Shown here piece after piece: positions 51,428 through 64,000 of a stretch of 64,000 bases of DNA. The translations under genes and the position numbers were made by a program. The DNA is from Pecten maximus. Lineage: Eukaryota. The stretch lies in the NCBI RefSeq assembly GCF_902652985.1, contig NC_047023.1, positions 37,820,001-37,884,000 on the forward strand, read 5' to 3'. Every line of letters begins with the position of its first letter. The stretch's first letter is position 1. The notes beneath the pieces are model-generated. The model was not told where the DNA came from and ran no database searches. It saw only the letters and a list, made by a program, of their open reading frames with translations.

Positions 51428-52441
51428 TCAAGGTCAATAGGACCGATCAAGCTTTCACTTCACACAAGGTCAGTAGGACCGATCAAGCTTACACTTCACA
51501 TATGATCAGTAGGACCGATCAAGCTTACACTTCACACAAGGTCTGTAGGACCGATCAAGCTTACACTTCACACAAGGTCAGTAGGACCGATCAAGCTTAC
51601 ACTTCACACAAGGTCTGTAGGACCGATCAAGCTTACACTTAACACAAGGTCTGTAGGACCCATCAAGCTTATACACTTAACACAAGGTCAGTAGGACTGA
51701 TCAAGGTTACACTTAACACAAGGTCTGTAGGACCGATCAAGCTTACACTTCACACAAGGTCAGTAGGACCGATCAAGCTTACACTTCACACAAGGTCTGT
51801 AGGACCGATCAAGCTTACACTTCACACAAGGTCAGTAGGACCGATCAAGCTTACACTTCACACAAGGTCAGTAGGACCGATCAAGCTTACACTTCACACA
51901 AGGTCAGTAGGACTGATCAAGCTTACACTTAACACAAGGTCTGTAGGACCAATCAAGCTTACACTTAACACAAGGTCAGTAGGACCGATCAAGCTTACAC
52001 TTAACACAAGGTCAGTAGGACCGATCAAGCTTACACTTAACACAAGGTCTGTAGGACCGATCAAGCTTACACTTCACACAAGATCTGTAGGACCGATCAA
52101 GCTTACACTTCACACAAGGTCTGTAGGACCGATCAAGCTTACACTTCACACAAGGTCTGTAGGACCGATCAAGCTTACACTTCACACAAGGTCAGTAGGA
52201 CCGATCAAGCTTACACTACACACAAGGTCTGTAGGACCAATCAAGCTTACACTACACACAAGGTCAGTAGGACCGATCAAGCTTACACTTCACACAAGGT
52301 CTGTAGGACCGATCAAGCTTACACTTCACACAAGGTCAGTAGGACCGATCAAGCTTACACTTCACACAAGGTCTGTAGGACCGATCAAGCTTACACTTCA
52401 CACATGGTCTGTAGGACCGATCAAACTTACACTTAACACAC
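51428..52441. repeat. Minisatellite, 36 bp, ~28 copies
   Basis: Unit cacaaggtc(a/t)gtaggaccgatcaagcttacacttca. Confidence 0.97.
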
Positions 52442-53449
52442 TACTTCCTTATTTGGACTGCTTATTTGAGATTCCTTTTTTTTTTGGTCAAAATGTCAAA
52501 GGTCAGTAACTTACAATCGATAGAAAATTGATTTAAATTTCGGTTGGACTGTTCAAACTCTTCACTCTTGTAGTTCTTCCTTGTTTGGGATTTCTATTTG
52601 GGCCAAAAGGGCAATCAACCAATTGGGGTGATTAGTATCATTCAGTTCTATTGGATAGTTAATCATAATAGACACTTAACCTTGTCCAATATCCAGTCTC
52701 ATGGCCGTTTCATTAACACATGGTCACTTTTAACAAATATCCATATCCATAATAATAATTGACATCTTCTGGAATTGTCCGTTTTCCAAACCATTACCTG
52801 ATCATGAGTTCAAAACCTGACCTTTATCTCAGATTCACAGTCTGAAATCTTCTTATATTTGGTTTAGTATCTTTTTCCTACAGGATCGAGACACTCAAAC
52901 TCTCTATACCTTCTGACCTTTGTTTTATGGACGTTTGAACCTTACATTCTGTGGTTTGTTATTTAGGCGGAATAAGAGTTCTTTATTTGGTCTAGTGGAA
53001 ATGTCATGCATTTAATGCATTAGGACTGTACCGTCCTGCTGTCGTCACTCTGACCTAACTATGGAGTAGATAATGGTATTATCTGGCCATTCTTTGTCGG
53101 TTCCCACTCGAGCTGACTGCTATATGTACAGATTCCCTGTCAGAACAAGGATTTGTAAAGCACTGTATCAGCATTTCAGCAACAGATTATCCAGAGGCTG
53201 GCATTTTAGTGTCTGTTATGTGAAATGGTTGACCAGACAAAATAAATCTGCGATTGTTGTAACGGTGAAGTGAGATGGAGGGTAGATCACCGGGGAAGAC
53301 ATATGAAGGATTTAGTGATTGACATTGCAGTTTTGATTTAAAGCAAAGGTGATGAAGTGCTCAAAACTATTTAGCTTTCCTTTGTATATGTACTTCAGGT
53401 GTGAGGGGAGCAGGTCAGGTGAACAATCTCCCATTTAAAGTTGTGTACA

Positions 53450-55323
53450 GTGTTCTGATGTACCCTGAGTGTCTGTATTTCTAGGTGTTCTGATGTACCC
53501 TGAGTGTCTGTATCTATAGGTGTTCTGATGTACCCCGAGTGTCTGTATTTCTAGGTGTTCTGATGTACCCTGAGTGTCTGTATTTCTAGGTGTTCTGATG
53601 TACCCTGAGTGTCTGTATTTCTAGGTGTTCTGATGTACCCCGAGTGTCTATAGGTGTTCTAATGTACCCCAAGTGTCTATAGGTGTTCTAATGTACCCCG
53701 AGTGTCTATAGGTGTACTGATGTACCCCGAGTGTCTATAGGTGTTCTGATGTACCCCAAGTGTCTATAGGTGTTCTAATGTACCACGAGTGTCTATAGGT
53801 GTTCTAATGTACCCCGAGTGTCTATAGTGTTCTGATGTACCCTGAGTATCTATAGGTGTTCTAATGTACCACGAGTGTCTATAGGTGTACTGATGTACCC
53901 CGAGTGTCTATAGTGTTCTGATGTACCCCGAGTGTCTATAGGTGTTCTGATGTACCCCGAGTGTCTATAGGTGTTCTGGTGTACCCTGAGTGTCTATAGG
54001 TGTTCTGGTGTACCCCGAGTGTCTATAGGTGTTCTGGTGTACCCCGAGTGTCTATAGGTGTTCTGATGTACCCTGAGTGTCTATAGGTGTACTGATGTAC
54101 CCCGAGTGTCTATAGGTGTTCTGATGTACCCCGAGTGTCTATAGGTGTACTGATGTACCACGAGTGTCTATAGGTGTTCTGATGTACCCGGAGTGTCTAT
54201 AGGTGTTCTGATGTACCACGAGTATCTATAGGTGTTCTGATGTACCCCGAGTGTCTATAGGTGTTCTGATGTACCCTGAGTGTCTATACGTGTTCTAATG
54301 TACCACGAGTGTCTATAGGTGTTCTGATGTACCCCGTGTGTCTATAGGTGTTCTGATGTACCCTGAGTGTCTATAGGTGTTCTGATGTACCCTTAATATC
54401 TATAGGTGTTTTGATGTACCCCAAGTGTCTATAGGTGTTCTGATGTACCACGAGTGTCTATAGGTGTTCTGATGTACCCCGAGTGTCTATAGTGTTCTGA
54501 TGTACCCCGAGTGTCTATAGGTGTTCTGATGTACCCCGAGTGTCTATAGGTGTTCTGATGTACCCCGAGTATCTATAGGTGTACTGATGTACCCCGAGTG
54601 TCTATAGGTGTTCTGATGTACCCCGAGTATCTATAGGTGTTTTGATGTACCCCGAGTGTCTATAGGTGTTCTGATGTACCCCGAGTGTCTATAGGTGTTC
54701 TGATGTACCCCGAGTGTCTATAGTGTTCTAATGTACCACGAGTGTCTATAGGTGTTCTGATGTACCCCGAGTGTCTATAGGTGTTCTGATGTACCCCGAG
54801 TGTCTATAGGTGTTCTGATGTACCCCGAGTGTCTATAGGTGTTCTGATGTACCCCGAATGTCTATAGGTGTACTGATGTAGCCTTAGTATCTATAGGTGT
54901 TCTGATGTACCCCGAGTGTCTATAGGTTTTCTGATGTACCCCGAGTGTCTATAGTGTTCTGATGTACCCCGAGTGTCTATAGTGTTCTGATGTACCCCGA
55001 GTGTCTATAGGTGTTCTGATGTACCCCGAGTGTCTATAGGTGTTCTGGTGTACCCCGAGTGTCTATAGGTGTACTGATGTACCCCGAGTGTCTATAGGTG
55101 TACTGATGTACCCCAAATGTCTATAGGTGTACTGATGTACCCCGAGTGTCTATAGGTGTACTGATGTACCCCGTGTGTCTATAGGTGTTCTGATGTACCC
55201 CGAGTGTCTATAGGTGTTCTGGTGTACCCCGAGTGTCTATAGGTGTACTGATGTACCCCGTGTGTCTATAGGTGTTCTGATGTACCCCGAGTGTCTATAG
55301 GTGTTCTGATGTACCCCGAGTGA
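53450..55323. repeat. Minisatellite, 29 bp (first five units 35 bp), ~63 copies
   Basis: Unit gtgttctgatgtaccccgagtgtctatag. Confidence 0.97.
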
Positions 55324-55586
55324 TAGTACAACTACCCTGTGTGAGCTAGGTAACTTGAGGAGTTCTATAAACAAGTTGTATATACAGAGATTGTACTGGA
55401 GTACCCTGAATGACAACAGGATTAACCAGAAGTGTAATCTGACAGATAATTAAAGAAGTTGTATATGGTGTATTGACATCCACATCCTCTACATCAGCGT
55501 AATACCATGAGTACATTAGTTGTAAAGTCTCCCATTCTTTGTGTATTTTAGTAGCAGTGCAGCAATCCTCGTCCAATAATAAATTC

Positions 55587-55701
55587 AAATGTAGGACAAG
55601 ACAATCATGGACTAGGTGTTAATTCAGATGTAGGACAGGACAATCATGGACTAGGTGTTAATTCAGATGTAAGACAGGACAATCATGGACTAGGTGTTAA
55701 T
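55587..55701. repeat. Tandem repeat, 39 bp x3
   Basis: Unit aattcagatgtaggacaggacaatcatggactaggtgtt. Confidence 0.9.
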
Positions 55702-57370
55702 AATCAGAGTCGTCTGTATAGATTATTGATCTTAATGAGACCTTGCATCATGTAAAAGCAAATAAATTTCGTTGGAAATCTAATTTTGTCAATTAATGGT
55801 TTTAGAATATCCGCAACATAAAATCCAGATGAAATATTTTTCAAATGAAATAAATCCAATATTTTTTTGTGTGTTTTTTTTTTTTTTTTTTTTGTCAATT
55901 CAAAATTATTTGATTTCTTGTCTATTAAAAAATTACCTATTAAATGCAATTGATATATAATTTTGATGATCCTGTACACACCAACGGAAAAGGCAAACAT
56001 TACCTATCTGCAAAAACAACCAGTTGTACAGAAAAAAAAATTAGTTCAAGATCAAGATTTTCAGAAAATTCTGAAAAATCAAAAAAGCAATCACAACATG
56101 TCATATATAGTCGAAATTCAAGTTTCTTTGACCTCTATTTCCCTGATATGATTGATCAGTTTTTTCAGGTGTTAACTTTAGGCAGACTAGCAAAAGAAAA
56201 ATATTAACTAAGTTTAAAAAGCATTTCTACTTGTGTCTGTTGATGACAGTAATATTGTGTATGTAGGACTGGAGATAGATTTGTCTGGTGTAAAGACTAC
56301 AGTACTCTCTGTTCTGTTTGGATATGTCATTAGTTGAAGATTAGTTTTTGCTTTTTGTATTGATTAGTAGGGTGACATCAGCCTTAACCTCAGTCTGAAT
56401 GAGATTTTGTCTGATGTATGATTTATTTAGGTAGACAGTATGTTCACTGGTTCAGACAAAACAAACACTATCCAAGTTCTTTTCCACAAGTAGGGGTTGT
56501 CATATGTCTGTTTAATACTTGGGGTTCTCCCAACTCTACTTTCAGACGAGGAAGTTTTTAAAAGATAGACATTCTGGCTTTGTACGTAGTAGTTTCCATA
56601 ACTGACCGAGACTACTGTCTCTATCGACATCACTGCCCATCAGCATCATGGTCTGACTTGCTCTTGCAATCGACTCCACCAAGAGTAAGCTAAAATGATC
56701 AATATAAATGAACTACTGTCAACATATTTGTTTTGAGGTAATTAAGTTAAAGCAGTTAAATGGATTATCATAATGGTGAATTGATGCACCAACAACACTT
56801 GTTGTAGAAAACAATTAAGAGAACTGCATTAAATATAATTGTAGTTTAGCTGAAGTCTGTCAATGAGAAATCACTCTTATTAGTTAGTTTGTTTACAGTA
56901 TTGACACACAGCGACAACATTAGATAGTTTGTTTACAGTATTGACACACAGAGACAACATTCAACCTTGGAATTTATATAGAAAGTTAACCACAGAATCA
57001 GAGAAGTAACTTGTATAACAAAAGCAGAATATCTTATGAATCTTCATGAAAATTTCAGAGGCAAGAGCTGATGCATTAGAAGCGTGACATTAGCACCAGC
57101 ATAATTTCTCCAGACAAATCTATATACCATAGCCACAAAAAAAAAAAAAAAAAGGATATAATTGAATTCCATTGTCAAGGGAAAAGCTAAGTTGTCTGTA
57201 CCAGAACAACATATTGGAAGAATGATTAACATTGTGCAATATACCTTCTGAGTCAATATCTTTACTTATTGCAGCAATCCAATGTTTTCTGAAACTGTTT
57301 ACCCTTTAAGGCTTTTTCTAGCCCTTAAAGTATAGTTTTAACGATAGTTATATTGTTCTAACCCAGAAAG

Positions 57371-60300
57371 GATTATTCTAGCCCTGGTCTAGTTGTGTAA
57401 GGATTGTTCTAGTCCTGTTAGGATTGTTCTAGTCCTGTTAGGATTGTTCTAGTCCTGTAAGGATTGTTCTAGTTGTGTAAGGATTGTTCTTGTTGTGTAA
57501 GGATTGTTTTAGCCCTGTAAGGATTGTTCTAACCCTGTTAGGATTGTTCTAGTCCTGTAAGGATTGTTCTAGTCCTGTAAGGATTGTTCTAGTCCTGTAA
57601 GGATTGTTCTAACCCTGTTAGGATTGTTCTAGCCCTGTAAGGATTGTTCTAGTCCTGTAAGGATTGTTCTAGTCCTGTAAGGATTGTTCTAGTCCTGTTA
57701 GGATTGTTCTAGTCCTGTAAGGATTGTTCTAGTTGTGTAAGGATTGTTCTAGCCCTGTAAGGATTGTTCTAACCCTGTAAGGATTGTTCTAGCCCTGTAA
57801 GGATTGTTCTAGTCCTGTAAGGATTGTTCTAGTCCTGTAAGGATTGTTCTAGCCCTGTAAGGATTGTTCTAGTCCTGTAAGGATTGTTCTAGTCCTGTAA
57901 GGATTGTTCTAGTCCTGTTAGGATTGTTCTAGCCCTGTAAGGATTGTTCTAGCACTGTAAGGATTGTTCTAGTCCTGTAAGGATTGTTCTAACCCTGTAA
58001 GGATTGTTCTAGCCCTGTAAGGATTGTTCTTGTTCTGTAAGGATTGTTCTAGTTGTGTAAGGATTGTTCTAGTCCTGTAAGGATTGTTCTAACCCTGTAA
58101 GGATTGTTCTAGTCCTGTAAGGATTGTTCTAGTCCTGTAAGGATTGTTCTAGCCCTGTTAGGATTGTTCTAGTCCTGTAAGGATTGTTCTAGTCCTGTAA
58201 GGATTGTTCTAGTCCTGTAAGGATTGTTCTAGTCCTGTAAGGATTGTTCTAGTCCTGTAAGGATTGTTCTAGTCCTGTAAGGATTGTTCTAGCCCTGTAA
58301 GGATTGTTCTAACCCTGTAAGGACTGTTCTAGTCCTGTAAGGATTGTTCTAGTCCTGTAAGGATTGTTCTAGTTCTGTAAGGATTGTTCTAGTCCTGTAA
58401 GGATTGTTCTAGTCCTGTAAGGATTGTTCTAGCCCTGTAAGGATTGTTCTAGTTCTGTAAGGATTGTTCTAGTTCTGTAAGGATTGTTCTAGTCCTGTAA
58501 AGATTGTTCTAGTTGTGTAAGGATTGTTCTAGTCCTGTAAGGATTGTTCTTGTTCTGTAAGGATTGTTCTAGTCCTGAAAGGATTGTTCTAGTTGTGTCA
58601 GGATTGTTCTAGTTGTGTAAGGATTGTTCTAGTCCTGTAAGGATTGTTCTAGTTGTGTCAGGATTGTTCTAGTTGTGTCAGGATTGTTCTAGTTGTGTAA
58701 GGATTGTTCTAGTTGTGTAAGGATTGTTCTTGTTCTGTAAGGATTGTTCTAGTCCTGTAAGGATTGTTCTTGTTCTGTAAGGATTGTTCTTGTTCTGTAA
58801 AGATTGTTCTAGTCCTGTAAGGATTGTTCTAGTCCTGTAAGGATTGTTCTAGTCCTGTAAGGATTGTTCTTGTTCTGTAAGGATTGTTCTTGTTCTGTAA
58901 GGATTGTTCTAGTCCTGTAAGGATTGTTCTAACCCTGTAAGGATTGTTCTAGTCCTGTAAGGATTGTTCTAGTCCTGTAAGGATTGTTCTAGTCCTGTAA
59001 GGATTGTTCTAGTCCTGTAAGGATTGTTCTTGTTCTGTAAGGATTGTTCTTGTTCTGTAAAGATTGTTCTAGTCCTGTAAGGATTGTTCTAGTCGTGTAA
59101 AGATTGTTCTAGTCCTGTAAGGATTGTTCTAGTCCTGTAAGGATTGTTCTAGTCCTGTAAGGATTGTTCTAGTCCTGTAAGGATTGTTCTTGTTCTGTAA
59201 GGATTGTTCTTGTTCTGTAAGGATTGTTCTAGTCCTGTAAGGATTGTTCTAGTCCTGTAAGGATTGTTCTAGTCCTGTAAGGATTGTTCTAGTCCTGTAA
59301 AGATTGTTCTAGTCCTGTAAGGATTGTTCTAGTCCTATAAGGATTGTTCTAGTCCTGTAAGGATTGTTCTAGTCCTGTAAGGATTGTTCTAGTCCTGTAA
59401 GGATTGTTCTAGTCCTGTAAGGATTGTTCTAGTCCTGTAAAGATTGTTCTAGTCCTGTAAGGATTGTTCTAGTCCTATAAGGATTGTTCTAGTCCTGTAA
59501 GGATTGTTCTAGCCCTGTAAGGATTGTTCTAGTCATGTAAGGATTGTTCTAGTCCTGTAAGGATTGTTCTAGTCCTGTAAGGATTGTTCTAGTCCTGTAA
59601 GGATTGTTCTAGTCCTGTAAAGATTGTTCTAGTCCTGTAAGGATTGTTCTAGTCCTATAAGGATTGTTCTAGTCCTGTAAGGATTGTTCTAGCCCTGTAA
59701 GGATTGTTCTAGTCATGTAAGGATTGTTCTAGTCCTATAAGGATTGTTCTAGTCCTGTAAAGATTGTTCTAGTCCTGTTAGGATTGTTCTAGTCCTGTAA
59801 GGATTGTTCTAGTCCTGTAAGGATTGTTCTAGTTGTGTAAGGATTGTTCTAGTCCTGTAAAGATTGTTCTAGTCCTGTTAGGATTGTTCTAGCCCTGTAA
59901 GGATTGTTCTAGTTGTGTAAGGATTGTTCTAGTCCTGTAAGGATTGTTCTAACCCTGTAAGGATTGTTCTAGTCCTGTAAGGATTGTTTTAGTCCTGTAA
60001 GGATTGTTCTAGTCCTGTAAGGATTGTTCTAGTCCTGTAAGGATTGTTCTAGTCCTGTAAGGATTGTTCTAGCCCTGTAAGGATTGTTCTAGTTGTGTAA
60101 GGATTGTTCTAGTCCTGTAAAGATTGTTCTAGTCCTGTTAGGATTGTTCTAGCCCTGTAAGGATTGTTCTAGTTGTGTAAGGATTGTTCTAGTCCTGTAA
60201 GGATTGTTCTAGTCCTGTAAGGATTGTTCTAACCCTGTAAGGATTGTTCTAGTCCTGTAAGGATTGTTTTAGTCCTGTAAGGATTGTTCTAGTCCTGTAA

Positions 60301-63300
60301 GGATTGTTCTAGTCCTTTAAGGATTGTTCTAGTTCTGTTAGGATTGTTTTAGTCCTGTAAGGATTGTTCTAGTCCTGTAAGGATTGTTCTAGTTCTGTAA
60401 GGATTGTTCTAGTCCTGTAAGGATTGTTTTAGTCCTGTTAGGATTGTTCTAGTCCTGTTAGGATTGTTCTTGTTCTGTAAGGATTGTTCTAGTCCTGTAA
60501 GGATTGTTCTAGTCCTGTAAGGATTGTTCTAGTTGTGTAAGGATTGTTCTAGTTGTGTAAGGATTGTTCTAGTCCTGTAAGGATTGTTCTAACCCTGTAA
60601 GGATTGTTTTAGTCCTGTAAGGATTGTTCTAGTCCTGTAAGGATTGTTCTAGTCCTGTTAGGATTGTTTTAGTCATGTAAGGATTGTTCTAGTCCTGTAA
60701 GGATTGTTGTAGTCATGTAAGGATTGTTCTAGTCCTGTAAGGATTGTTGTAGTCATGTAAGGATTGTTGTAGTCCTGTAAGGATTGTTCTAGCCCTGTAA
60801 GGATTGTTCTAGTCCTGTAAGGATTGTTCTAGTCCTGTAAGGATTGTTCTAGTCCTGTAAGGATTGTTCTAGTCCTGTAAGGATTGTTCTAGTCCTGTTA
60901 GGATTGTTCTAGTTGTGTAAGGATTGTTCTAGTCCTGTAAGGATTGTTCTAGTCCTTTAAGGATTGTTTTAGTCATGTAAGGATTGTTCTAGTCCTATAA
61001 GGATTGTTCTAGTCCTGTAAAGATTGTTCTAGTCCTGTTAGGATTGTTCTAGCCCTGTAAGGATTGTTCTAGTTCTGTAAGGATTGTTTTAGCCCTGTAA
61101 GGATTGTTCTAGTCCTGTAAGGATTGTTCTAGTCCTGTAAGGATTGTTCTAGTCCTGTAAGGATTGTTCTAGTCCTGTAAGGATTGTTCTAGTTGTGTAA
61201 GGATTGTTTTAGTCCTGTAAGGATTGTTCTAGTCCTGTAAGAATTGTTCTAACCCTGTTAGGATTGTTCTAGTCCTGTAAGGATTGTTCTAGTCCTGTAA
61301 GGATTGTTCTAGTTGTGTAAGGATTGTTCTAGTCCTGTAAAGATTGTTCTAGTCCTGTTAGGATTGTTCTAGCCCTGTAAGGATTGTTCTAGTTGTGTAA
61401 GGATTGTTCTAGTCCTGTAAGGATTGTTCTAGTCCTGTAAGGATTGTTCTAACCCTGTAAGGATTGTTCTAGTCCTGTAAGGATTGTTTTAGTCCTGTAA
61501 GGATTGTTCTAGTCCTGTAAGGATTGTTCTAGTCCTGTAAGGATTGTTCTAGTCCTGTAAGGATTGTTCTAGCCCTGTAAGGATTGTTCTAGTTGTGTAA
61601 GGATTGTTCTAGTCCTGTAAAGATTGTTCTAGTCCTGTTAGGATTGTTCTAGCCCTGTAAGGATTGTTCTAGTTGTGTAAGGATTGTTCTAGTCCTGTAA
61701 GGATTGTTCTAGTCCTGTAAGGATTGTTCTAACCCTGTAAGGATTGTTCTAGTCCTGTAAGGATTGTTTTAGTCCTGTAAGGATTGTTCTAGTCCTGTAA
61801 GGATTGTTCTAGTCCTTTAAGGATTGTTCTAGTTCTGTTAGGATTGTTTTAGTCCTGTAAGGATTGTTCTAGTCCTGTAAGGATTGTTCTAGTTCTGTAA
61901 GGATTGTTCTAGTCCTGTAAGGATTGTTTTAGTCCTGTTAGGATTGTTCTAGTCCTGTTAGGATTGTTCTTGTTCTGTAAGGATTGTTCTAGTCCTGTAA
62001 GGATTGTTCTAGTCCTGTAAGGATTGTTCTAGTTGTGTAAGGATTGTTCTAGTTGTGTAAGGATTGTTCTAGTCCTGTAAGGATTGTTCTAACCCTGTAA
62101 GGATTGTTTTAGTCCTGTAAGGATTGTTCTAGTCCTGTAAGGATTGTTCTAGTCCTGTTAGGATTGTTTTAGTCATGTAAGGATTGTTCTAGTCCTGTAA
62201 GGATTGTTGTAGTCATGTAAGGATTGTTCTAGTCCTGTAAGGATTGTTGTAGTCATGTAAGGATTGTTGTAGTCCTGTAAGGATTGTTCTAGCCCTGTAA
62301 GGATTGTTCTAGTCCTGTAAGGATTGTTCTAGTCCTGTAAGGATTGTTCTAGTCCTGTAAGGATTGTTCTAGTCCTGTAAGGATTGTTCTAGTCCTGTTA
62401 GGATTGTTCTAGTTGTGTAAGGATTGTTCTAGTCCTGTAAGGATTGTTCTAGTCCTTTAAGGATTGTTTTAGTCATGTAAGGATTGTTCTAGTCCTATAA
62501 GGATTGTTCTAGTCCTGTAAAGATTGTTCTAGTCCTGTTAGGATTGTTCTAGCCCTGTAAGGATTGTTCTAGTTCTGTAAGGATTGTTTTAGCCCTGTAA
62601 GGATTGTTCTAGTCCTGTAAGGATTGTTCTAGTCCTGTAAGGATTGTTCTAGTCCTGTAAGGATTGTTCTAGTCCTGTAAGGATTGTTCTAGTTGTGTAA
62701 GGATTGTTTTAGTCCTGTAAGGATTGTTCTAGTCCTGTAAGGATTGTTCTAACCCTGTTAGGATTGTTCTAGTCCTGTAAGGATTGTTCTAGTCCTGTAA
62801 GGATTGTTCTAGTTGTGTAAGGATTGTTCTAGTCCTGTAAGGATTGTTCTAGTCCTGTAAGGATTGTTTTAGTCCTGTAAGGATTGTTCTAACCCTGTTA
62901 GGATTGTTCTAGTCCTGTAAGGATTGTTCTAGTCCTGTTAGGATTGTTCTAGTCCTATAAGGATTGTTCTAGTCCTGTAAGGATTGTTCTAGTCCTGTAA
63001 GGATTGTTCTAGTTGTGTAAGGATTGTTTTAACCCTGTAAGGATTGTTTTAGTCCTGTAAGGATTGTTCTAACCCTGTTAGGATTGTTCTAGTCCTGTAA
63101 GGATTGTTCTAGTCCTGTTAGGATTGTTCTAGTCCTATAAGGATTGTTCTAGTCCTATAAGGATTGTTCTAGTCCTGTAAGGATTGTTCTAGCCCTGTAA
63201 GGATTGTTCTAGTTGTGTAAGGATTGTTTTAACCCTGTAAGGATTGTTCTAGCCCTATAAGGATTGTTCTAGTCCTGTAAAGATTGTTCTAGTCCTGTTA

Positions 63301-64000
63301 GGATTGTTCTAGTCCTGTAAGGATTGTTCTAGTCCTGTAAGGATTGTTCTAGTCCTGTAAGGATTGTTCTAGTCCTGTTAGGATTGTTCTAGTTGTGTAA
63401 GGATTGTTCTAGTCCTGTAAGGATTGTTCTAGTCCTTTAAGGATTGTTTTAGTCATGTAAGGATTGTTCTAGTCCTATAAGGATTGTTCTAGTCCTGTAA
63501 AGATTGTTCTAGTCCTGTTAGGATTGTTCTAGCCCTGTAAGGATTGTTCTAGTTCTGTAAGGATTGTTTTAGCCCTGTAAGGATTGTTCTAGTCCTGTAA
63601 GGATTGTTCTAGTTGTGTAAGGATTGTTCTAGTCCTGTAAGGATTGTTTTAACCCTGTAAGGATTGTTCTAGTCCTGTAAGGATTGTTCTAGTTGTGTAA
63701 GGATTGTTCTAGTCCTATAAGGATTGTTCTAGTCCTGTAAGGAATGTTCTAGTCCTGTTAGGATTGTTCTAGTTGTGTAAGGATTGTTCTAACCCTGTAA
63801 GGATTGTTCTAACCCTGTAAGGATTGTTCTAGCCCTGTAAGGATTGTTCTTGTTCTGTAAGGATTGTTCTAGTCCTGTAAGGATTGTTTTAGTCCTGTAA
63901 GGATTGTTCTAGTTGTGTAAGGATTGTTCTAGTTGTGTAAGGATTGTTCTAGTTGTGTAAGGATTGTTCTAGTCCTATAAGGATTGTTCTAGCCCTGTAA
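57371..64000. repeat. Satellite, 20 bp, ~330 copies, running off the window end
   Basis: Unit ggattgttctagtcctgtaa, staying in register with the 60-nt lines from 57401 to the end. Confidence 0.99.

Noticed and set aside
52884-52938. Possible next MCTP exon after acceptor ctttttcctacAG (IETLKLSIPSDL...)
   Set aside because: In the required phase it stops at 52936 without a convincing donor and lacks the expected final C2A strand; the true exon is probably beyond the window.

Overview
Eukaryotic, AT-rich, repeat-dense animal DNA, not prokaryotic. The SINE and Helentron-type repeat architecture points to a bivalve mollusc, possibly a scallop (inference). The whole window lies within the 5' part of one + strand gene for a multiple C2 and transmembrane domain protein (MCTP1-like). 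Two exons of the first C2 domain are clear (45399-45504 and 50381-50603) and join in phase. Upstream are a 266-codon first coding exon (26724-27521), a second candidate first exon (1712-1843), a weaker third candidate (39182-39226) and a candidate 51-nt cassette exon (43835-43885); all have phase-0 donors compatible with the acceptor at 45398. That shared acceptor is the last of six tandem copies of itself, and each of the five upstream copies would give a premature stop. By my rough sum about 25 kb (~40%) of the window is about 20 unrelated minisatellite arrays, several with higher-order structure. There are also Helentron-type non-autonomous elements, MITEs and SINEs, some caught seeding tandem repeats. 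No CRISPR array, rRNA, intact tRNA or autonomous transposon ORF was seen. All exon calls are sequence-based predictions without transcript evidence.
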